A stretch of DNA of 62,592 nucleotides, counting the filler, from Stramenopiles sp. TOSAG23-3 (Eukaryota), in the NCBI GenBank assembly GCA_900128585.1. It is 5 parts of 5 records of this genome, joined end to end, with 100 filler letters (N's around TTAATTAATTAA, not from the genome) between each part and the next. Parts side by side here need not be neighbours in the genome. Positions count along the whole stretch, not along the records: positions 1 to 12,481 come from LT642684.1; 4 more parts are not named here. The stretch is one strand, 5' to 3'. The translations under genes and the position numbers were made by a program. This document shows, piece by piece, positions 1 through 8,100 of this stretch. The notes beneath the pieces were generated by a model that was not told the DNA's origin, did no database searches, and saw nothing but the letters and a program-made list of their open reading frames with translations. The stretch's first letter is position 1, and every line of letters begins with the position of its first letter.

Positions 1-79
1 AACAGATAAATAGTGTTAGTGTCAGGGTTTCATCAATCGAAACAGATAAATAGTGTTAGTGTCAGGGTTTCATCAATCG
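1..79. repeat. 40-bp tandem duplication at the contig start
   Basis: aacagataaatagtgttagtgtcagggtttcatcaatcg occurs at 1-39 and 41-79. Confidence 0.9.
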
Positions 80-708
80 GATTCAAATATTTTAAGGGAG
101 GGTTTATAAGTACGTTCATTTGTATATGATGTGTAACTTAGATAGGGTAGGAGTAAGGAAAGAGTGAAAGACTAATTTCTAACTTCGAATTGAAAATAAA
201 AATATTTTTTTTTTACCGATGTAAAGATCCCGCCAACTTATATTAGATGCTATGTAATGTATAATAAATAATAATAAAAATGTACAATGATCGAAAAGTT
301 TAAACTTTTGGAAATCCGGTAAATTTGAATAGAAAGGTTTGTATAAAGTTATGTACATGAATAGGGTTATGATTTAATATAGGAAATGTATGAAGATACT
401 AAGTACTTGAACTTAATTGAATGCTTCGATTCTTCAAAAGTAAATTAAATTTTTATTTGTTTTTTAGTTCTCTCGTTCTCTCCTCATCTCATTGATAATC
501 AAGTAAGAAGTAAGAAGTAAAGAAAGGAAGGGTCATGTAATATTTAAGAAATTTACTTACGTTTATATTACGTATGAATTTCATTTTACGGTCAACCTAC
601 CATCATATTACGGTCAACGTGGAAACGAACGAAGTGCATACGTACGTACGTGCATACTAACATAAATACAGAACGAGAGAACGTTAAACGTTAGCAAACG
701 AGAGTACG

Positions 709-1596
709 ATGGCAGTCAGAAACAGTGAGAGTAGTCGGGTGGTGGTCTCGGACAGTTCGGAGGAGAACCACCGGGCGTGGGATTATGGGTTGCATAATAT
801 GTGTTTGATACAGGCCGTGCGAACGGGGGCAATGGAAGATTGCGTAGCAGCGTTGGAAGAGAACGCGATTCTTGAATGGTTGACGCCAGGGTATTATAAA
901 ATTTTGGGAGAAACGGATGATAGTGATTTGGACGAAACCGAGGCAGAGCATCAGCAGAGGACGCTGATGCTTTCGGAAGGGTTCCCAGGGTACGAGCGAG
1001 ACTACATGGCCTCGAACGGGAACACCGCGCTGCACATTGCCGCGCGCCAAGGGAACAAGAGAATGATGAGCCTCTTGCTGAAACATAAGTGGGGTGTAAA
1101 TGTGAAGAATGGTAGGAACCAAAGCCCCATGGAACTGGCCGAGCTTGTGTTTCAGGACGAGAGTGCGGACTACCTACGGGCGCACTTGCGCCGAAAGCGC
1201 CTCTCTCGGTGTTTATTCAAGGTGGCCGTGCAGCTTCGACGTGGGTTGAACAGGGTCCGTGCGAAGCGTGCGGCAGCTGCTGCACAAAAGGACACGGCGT
1301 TGAAACGAAAGCGGGTCAACACGTCGACCAAACGTGGGAAGCAACAAAAGCGAGCAAAGTATGTCAATATCAAGAGCGAGGTGTGCACCAGCGGTCGTAG
1401 GAAATCGCTGCGGTTGAAAACGCCTCCGAGCGAGTACTCGAAACTTCGCAACCCAACAAAAAACAAGAAAAGAAACAACTGTCAACCACAGGCAACGTCG
1501 AAAAATCAGAGGATGAAGGCCAACAGTGAAAATATAACTCCCGTAGACACAGAAGGACGAAGGCGCAGCTCGAGGCTGAAGGCTTTAAATTTTTAA
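709..1596 (+). CDS. Ankyrin-repeat protein with a basic, NLS-rich C-terminal tail
   Basis: ATG-initiated 295-aa ORF in a GC-rich island. Ankyrin consensus NGNTALHIAARQGNKRMMSLLLKHKWGVNVKNGRNQSPMELA; K/R-rich tail (KRKR, RRKSLRLK, RRRSSRLK). Confidence 0.8.
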   Translation: MAVRNSESSRVVVSDSSEENHRAWDYGLHNMCLIQAVRTGAMEDCVAALEENAILEWLTPGYYKILGETDDSDLDETEAEHQQRTLMLSEGFPGYERDYMASNGNTALHIAARQGNKRMMSLLLKHKWGVNVKNGRNQSPMELAELVFQDESADYLRAHLRRKRLSRCLFKVAVQLRRGLNRVRAKRAAAAAQKDTALKRKRVNTSTKRGKQQKRAKYVNIKSEVCTSGRRKSLRLKTPPSEYSKLRNPTKNKKRNNCQPQATSKNQRMKANSENITPVDTEGRRRSSRLKALNF

Positions 1597-1876
1597 AAAA
1601 GGTTTTTAGCTGTTACCCTTCGAGAGCACCACCAAAAATATTGTCGAATTTTCTCCTCTCCAAAAGCACAGTATTGCACTTCTTTACGTGGGGGGGAGGG
1701 TGCGCGCGCTGTATAGACAAATTACCAATATAATCATACATAAACAGATTTTAATAAGAAAAGTAACAAGATATATGAATTTGTTTTTTAATAAGAATAG
1801 CTGTTCAATTTTTATAGTTTTTTCACATTTTTGTTTTTTCATGCGTCGTGTATTTCGTCTCTTCTTCTCTGAAAGC

Positions 1877-4624
1877 TTACACCTTCTTCAACGCGCCCTT
1901 GTCGATGGTTTGCAGGGCGGGGCGCATGATGTCCTGAAGGCGCTTTACCCACTCGGCACGTTCGGCCTTGCCTTCTCTCAATGCTTTCCTCAGATTCTTT
2001 AAATCTTTCTTTTTAAACACACGAAACCATTTCCGAAGGACGTCCATTGCGTCGACAAGTTCCACCAAGTCCTTCGTTTCCCAAGCATCGGTCGTGTCTT
2101 TCACGCTGGCCAGGAGTGCCTGGTCTCTTCGGTAGATCTCGGCGTCCCACGGTCCGGTAGGGGCGTGGTACCCGGACCGAATTGTATCGTCCTGCGAGGC
2201 TGGCAGCCCGTCTTTGTCGTCTGTCTTCTTCGTAATCTCACACTCTCCACAATCTTTCAAATACATAAGGTCAATTTGGAACGGCTTGCATGGAACCTGG
2301 GGCTTTCCAATGTCAGCGTTGACAATATTGTGTAGCTCACATACCCAGGTTGACAGCGCCTGCCTAGATTCTACTCGGGGCGGGCCAAGCGAAGGCTCGC
2401 GCAACTGCTGCTGCAAGTGCTTTCGGCAAAGTTTACAAGGGTACAGTTGCCCAAACGCCGCAATCAGATTGGTCATGGCGATCTTGTCGTCTTCGCCAGG
2501 GTGCTCCGGGTACTTTGCCGCAAAGCTGTGGAGGACAAACCAGGCCCGGCGACCAATGAATTCGCGCCAAGACCCCCCTTTGCTTCCGTAATCCTCGTAG
2601 AACTTTTTCTCCCGCACTTTCTTGTTCCCGTCTTTGCCTATTTCCACGATGCTCTCTCGGTCGAAGAGGCCCATCTCGCTGCCATGAGCATGGACGAACC
2701 TGTCCGTTAGATCCTCGTTTGGCTCCACGCTTATTGGACCTCCCGGGTGGTTGGGAATAAAATCCGTCAAGTCAAACGTTCGACCGTTCACCGTGACAAT
2801 CTTTCGGTCTTCTTGTCCGCCCGCCTTGGCCTGCCCCGGGAGTGCGCCGGTTCCCTCGCCCTCAAAAATCACGTGGGCGACCCCTTTCGCTGAGAACGAC
2901 CCCGTCCCTGTTGTACGCGCTGACAACGACTCTACCGACGACCTTGCCGCCGCCAACCCAAAAACGACACAATCCAGCAGCGAGCTGCCCCCCAAGCGAT
3001 TGATACCATGAACCCCTCCCATAATCTCCCCGGACGCGTACAGCCCCCTGATGGGCGCGTCGGTTTTTGCGTTCAGCACACGGGCTTCCGGGTCGACGCC
3101 AAGCCCCCCCATTGTGTAGTGAAGCACCGGCTCGATAACGCCAACATGGTACTCACCCAGTAACGGAAGCTTTGTGTGCGTGCGCCGGAACGGCGAGTAC
3201 GAATTGTTCAACGTAGTATTCAAGAATGTGTCCCGCACCGCCCTACGAAGAGGGGGGGATCCGCCGCTGTGAAGGCGGTCCATGATAAACTGAGTGATGC
3301 CTTCGTACCCATTCACGGGGTGAAGGAGGCCTTTGCCCGTGTAAATGTTTATGTGTGCTTCAATCTTTGGGGCGGCATGAGGGGGGACGGCAATTATAAA
3401 CTTGTCTCCTGGCCGCGACCGCATTGCTTCTACCACCGTTTTTCGCGTCTCCAGCTCATCAATGAAGCGGTGACCATCACGGTCGAGGATGACACCCCCC
3501 GCGCCCCTCACAATCTCTGCACACAATACGAGCGAACGGTCCTTTCCCTCATCGGCAAAACCCTTTGGCGCGTCACTAAACCCAGTAGGGTGGACTTGGA
3601 CCAAGTCCAAATCGACAATTTTCGCACCCAGCGACCTCCCTAACTTAACGCCGTCCCCAGTTGCAAATTTACCGTTAGTGGAGGACAAAGTTTGTAAGTG
3701 GGGAGAAACTTCATTTAGCAGCGACCCCGGCCCCTTGTCGTTTGCATAACCGCCAGTCGCAAGAATGACTCCGGGGGTTTTCACAAGAACGGTTTCGCCG
3801 GTACGTTCACGCTGCAACGTAAGCCCCCAGCCTCCCGTAGCGCTCTTGTCGCACACGGTTTCACCATTTGCCAGAGTCTCACAAAGACCGTCCTCCCCAG
3901 AGGCACCGTCAACTACCCTACCGTTGTTGTCCAATCGCTGCAATTTAATCAAACGGGACCCTTTCAAGACCACCAGCCCGCCGTCCCCCTCGTACTTCAT
4001 CACCGCCTTTTCCAATCCTGATATGAAGGCGGCACCTGCTAGTCCTGCCGTAGGCCTGTGCGTGCGCGCGAAACTATGCCCCCCTAACTGCCCCACCTCG
4101 TCCAAAGGAACATTGGAACGACTCGCAATCCATTCGACTGCTTCTTTCGAACCGTCAACCATTCGTCGAACCAGTTTCGACGTGAACGTACCGTCCTGTC
4201 GTTGAGAACTCTTTATGGTATCGTCATAAAAGCGATCCGGCGAATCTTCGATTTCAAGCGTTCCCTGCCTTTCAGTTTTGCAGCCATTGATACCGGATGA
4301 AGCATAAGCCGAATTTCCGCCCATAAACTGCCGTTTCTCGATTAAAATGACTTTGTGCCCTTCTTCCAGCAGGCGAAGCGATGCGGTCAAACCAGATAGC
4401 CCACCCCCGACGACAGCGATAGCGTTTGTAATTGGGCTTTTCGACGCCTTCGATGCTTCGTTCACTTTGTGCGTTTCAATTTGTTCCTGTACATCTTTCA
4501 ATTGGTTCAAAAGGTCCACGTGCAAGGCAGAGAGTTCCTCCAACGACGAGGCAGCACTATGGACAGTGGTAGCCAGAAAGAGGAGAAGGGCGACGCAAAA
4601 TAACCACCTGGCCGCCGCTCGCAT
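1877..4624 (-). CDS. Secretory-pathway fusion: FAD-dependent soluble fumarate reductase (Osm1/flavocytochrome c type) + cytochrome b5 + Erv/ALR sulfhydryl oxidase
   Basis: Signal peptide MRAAARWLFCVALLLFLATTVHSA. FAD motif VVGGGLSG..EK...GGNSAYASSGING. Fumarate reductase motifs QVHPTG, EIVRGAGG, DELETR, LHYTMGG, GGVHGINRLGGSSLLDCVVFG. b5 motif VNGRTFDLTDFIPNHPGG...FVHAHG. Erv motifs GRRAWFVLH, YPCKLC, WVCELHNIVN..GKP..PC, plus a C-terminal CGEC. Confidence 0.92.
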   Translation of the reverse strand: MRAAARWLFCVALLLFLATTVHSAASSLEELSALHVDLLNQLKDVQEQIETHKVNEASKASKSPITNAIAVVGGGLSGLTASLRLLEEGHKVILIEKRQFMGGNSAYASSGINGCKTERQGTLEIEDSPDRFYDDTIKSSQRQDGTFTSKLVRRMVDGSKEAVEWIASRSNVPLDEVGQLGGHSFARTHRPTAGLAGAAFISGLEKAVMKYEGDGGLVVLKGSRLIKLQRLDNNGRVVDGASGEDGLCETLANGETVCDKSATGGWGLTLQRERTGETVLVKTPGVILATGGYANDKGPGSLLNEVSPHLQTLSSTNGKFATGDGVKLGRSLGAKIVDLDLVQVHPTGFSDAPKGFADEGKDRSLVLCAEIVRGAGGVILDRDGHRFIDELETRKTVVEAMRSRPGDKFIIAVPPHAAPKIEAHINIYTGKGLLHPVNGYEGITQFIMDRLHSGGSPPLRRAVRDTFLNTTLNNSYSPFRRTHTKLPLLGEYHVGVIEPVLHYTMGGLGVDPEARVLNAKTDAPIRGLYASGEIMGGVHGINRLGGSSLLDCVVFGLAAARSSVESLSARTTGTGSFSAKGVAHVIFEGEGTGALPGQAKAGGQEDRKIVTVNGRTFDLTDFIPNHPGGPISVEPNEDLTDRFVHAHGSEMGLFDRESIVEIGKDGNKKVREKKFYEDYGSKGGSWREFIGRRAWFVLHSFAAKYPEHPGEDDKIAMTNLIAAFGQLYPCKLCRKHLQQQLREPSLGPPRVESRQALSTWVCELHNIVNADIGKPQVPCKPFQIDLMYLKDCGECEITKKTDDKDGLPASQDDTIRSGYHAPTGPWDAEIYRRDQALLASVKDTTDAWETKDLVELVDAMDVLRKWFRVFKKKDLKNLRKALREGKAERAEWVKRLQDIMRPALQTIDKGALKKV

Positions 4625-5133
4625 TTTACAAAATTAAGTCAATACCAAGATTGAAAAACCAATGCCTGCAATAAATTGTTTGAAAGAAGGTGGTTGGAAT
4701 TTCTTTGACCTGAACTTCCGTTTTCGATTAATATATGCATTTGAAAAAAATTCGCAGCCCCCCCCGTCCTTTTCCCCACACCCTATTTTTCTCGCTTTTT
4801 TTTCTCTATTCTTCTTCTTTTTCTTTGTTGTTGTTATTACTTATTATTATTATTCAATTCGATAATAACATTTCTATAGTTTACATATTCGATGACTATG
4901 TTTATTGATAGATTTAATATATAATTATCATATATCTTTTATTGTATATGACGTTTTAGTTAGAACACGTGGCAAAAAAAATAATAATAATAAGTTTTTG
5001 AATGAGAAACTACCATCAAGGAAAGTTGTAGTAAGTTGTGTGTTTATATATATTATAGAAAACGATTGACAGATTATTTGATCTGTTTATTTCTTTCCCT
5101 TGTCTTTTTTTTTCAACGCATGCATATGTGTCA

Positions 5134-8100
5134 TCATAGTGCATTCTTTAACATGGCACGCAATTCTTTGGCCGAGACCCTTGGTCGGCTTAGTTCGAAC
5201 TTGGCACTGGTACCACCTTTCGGTTCATCGGCATTGTCTCGTGCCCTGGCTGGGCTGAAATTGCCATACCCCGCTCGTTGCGGCGAGTAATCTGCGGGGG
5301 TCACCGCGATACCCCAGTCGTGGTCGTGTATGATGTTGTCATGCCTGTCATAGTCGTGTTCGAATCCGTCGTACGCATCGTCGTATGCCGACGAGTCGTC
5401 ATAGTACTCATCGTACTCATCCGTGGCTTCATCCGCCCATTGGTCTCGCACGTAATTAACACGTTTCGTTCTGCTGCTGGCTGTCGGGCGGCGCTTTCGC
5501 GTTGGGGGTTTCCTTAGGTCCACGTATTCGTCTTCGGAAGGGTCGTCGGATGCCGTGGATTCGTCGTCGAACACAAAGCCATCAGCAGACGAGGATTCGT
5601 ACCGCACCTCTTCTTCTTCCTGCACATATTCGTCGGTAAACCGTTCCGCCGCCAATGCTTTCGCAACCGCTGGCGCAGACCGTGGGCGTTTTCCTTTCGC
5701 CGGGGACGGGGCCACGGGCTCGATCTCCATTGGCTGATCTTGAAGTTCGCTGCCATCGCTGCTTCCTTCCTCCAGCTCCTCTTCTGAGGACACGATCGCT
5801 GTATCCGCTTCTCCAAGAGATGCCATTGAAAATGGGTTCAACGCCAGCGCGGCTTGCTTCTCAAACGACCCATCGCCTTCTTCGACAACCACTCCAGCGG
5901 CGCCAAGTTCTGCATCTACGCCCACCTCTTCGTCCAGAAGCTGCTCGTCCTCATCGTCGCCCTCCATGTCTTCGTCCCCTGCAAGAAAAGAGTCCAAGAA
6001 GGCCTGTTCGGGGGGCGCGGGGACAACGGCAACAGAAGATTCAAACACGCCCTGAATAACTGGTCGGTCCGCAAATGCCGGCGCGGTGCCAGCGCCCCGA
6101 ACGAATTCTTCGAGGCTCTGTAGTTCCGCGAAGGCTTTCTCGTGGTCTTCCCACAGCCCCTTGAAATGCGCCGCTGGGTACACCGTCGTATTGGTTTCTT
6201 GCTTGCTGTCCACAAGCGTCTCGAACGGGTTCAAGACGTTTTCTTTCGGTACGGGGCCTCTTGCGTTGTATGCCTTAACTGCAGACTGCACTGCCGGGTG
6301 CCAATCATTTTCGCACATGTCGACAAAGTGACCGGCGTCAAAACCGTGTCGGTTCTTCAGGCAGCAAAGAATGTTGATGGCTGTTAAACGGCATTCCCAA
6401 TCGTCGTCAAACAGCTTCGGCAACACCGCCTTGGCTTTCTGCAGGAAGGTAGCGACAATGCTGTCGTCGTTGCAGATCAGCTCTGTCGTCTGCCCCAGCA
6501 CCCACAGCGAGACACTCCTCAGATTCTTCCACGGCGTTTTCACCACGCTCGCTACCCTTTCCCAAAGCTCAATTTTGTAACCAGGGTCGATGCCATTTCG
6601 CGAAACGAATTTGTGAACCAAGAACACGCATCGCAACCGAAGGGAGGGCGACCCCGTCCCGTCTTCTTCGCGCGCCCCGCGGCCTTCCTTCAGCGCATCC
6701 AGGAGAAAATCAAGCAAATGCTTGCTCAGGATATTTTTCTTGACTCCAGCATGGTTCGTTCGGAACATGACCGTGCTGAGGACGTCCATTATATGGAATG
6801 CTAAGATTTGCACGTCGCTCCTAGGGTGGTCAAGAAGGGACGTGCAGAACGCCGTGATCCGAGGCAAGCTTTGCCAGAGGCTACCCACGCACTCCCGCAA
6901 TCGCGCGGGACTTGATGGTTGGTCGCGTATAGACAGAAGCAACAGCAGCAAGAAAAAAAGGCGTTGCTCTGTGCGGTCCCCTTGCGCAAGCAGAGACGTC
7001 GATTCAAAGGCTCTGTCCCCACTGCTACCTTGCCGCGAAGTTGGCAACGACGGCATGCTGGTGCAGTACTCTACCACGAAGGCAAAGCACTCGAACATTT
7101 TGATGCCTTGCAAAGCTTCGGGCGCCACCTGCTGCGCAGGGATTTCCTCTCCTGCAACACGCTTTGTAACAAGGTCGGCCAACCGTTCCTTTTCGTACTC
7201 GACGAGGTCGGACACAAGCAAATGCTTTCGGTGTCGCTCCATGCCTTGGGCAACACCGCACGAAAGCACGTCCACAAAGTAGCCGACCGTGTGCAGGTAC
7301 GACTTGCTTCGAACGGTGTACTTGTCCAGCAAAGCGGTCAAGATAACTTTTGTCATCTCCACCGTCAGGCTTTCGGCCGTAAAGTGAATGATCGCCTTGA
7401 GCACATGAAAGGTGTCGTCTTTTACACTGTGTGGTACCCACTTCGCAAAGATTGGGAGAAACATAAGGAAGAACTTCTGCATCGTGGTGGCCTCGTCGAA
7501 GCTCAGGTCTTGGTCCATGTTCGCGAATTGCTTCGGGGTTGGGTCGAGAGAGTCTGGGACCCGGCCGAGGGTCTCATTTATGTTGATGATGTCGGGCGTC
7601 AGCAGGGTCCTCAGCACCCCCAGCAGTGCGGTGGAGGGGGCGCGGAATTTGCTTTGCAAGTACGCCCATTTCAGAAGCGGCAACGCCAGCAGGTTTAGCG
7701 ACGGCGCCAACTCGTCCGGGATGGCCCTGGCGACGCTTACCAGGCAGCCCCAAAGCGTCTGGAACGCTACCAAGCCGGTGGTGCTGTTCCCGCGCGCATC
7801 ATGGGGCGGCACAGTGATGAGGTCTTGGGAAAAACAATGCTTCTGTATCCGTTTTACCAACAATGGGATTAGTTTCAGCAGAGAGTCTCGCAATTGGGGC
7901 ACCTGCGCTCGGACGACCGACGGGGACAGCGTGGCCACGGCAGTGGCAAGGGTATCGGTGGAGTGGGCGACGAAGAGCACGGCATCTTGCATTCGTTTCG
8001 TCAGGTTACTCGTCCCACGCCGGGCCGACCGTGGTCGGATCCGGTTGACGTTCATAAACTCGTCTGCGCACCAACTGAGAATTGCGCCGGCTTCCTCTGG

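Noticed and set aside
1-380. agggttt/agggtta words near the contig start suggesting telomere repeats
   Set aside because: Isolated words, not a tandem telomeric array.
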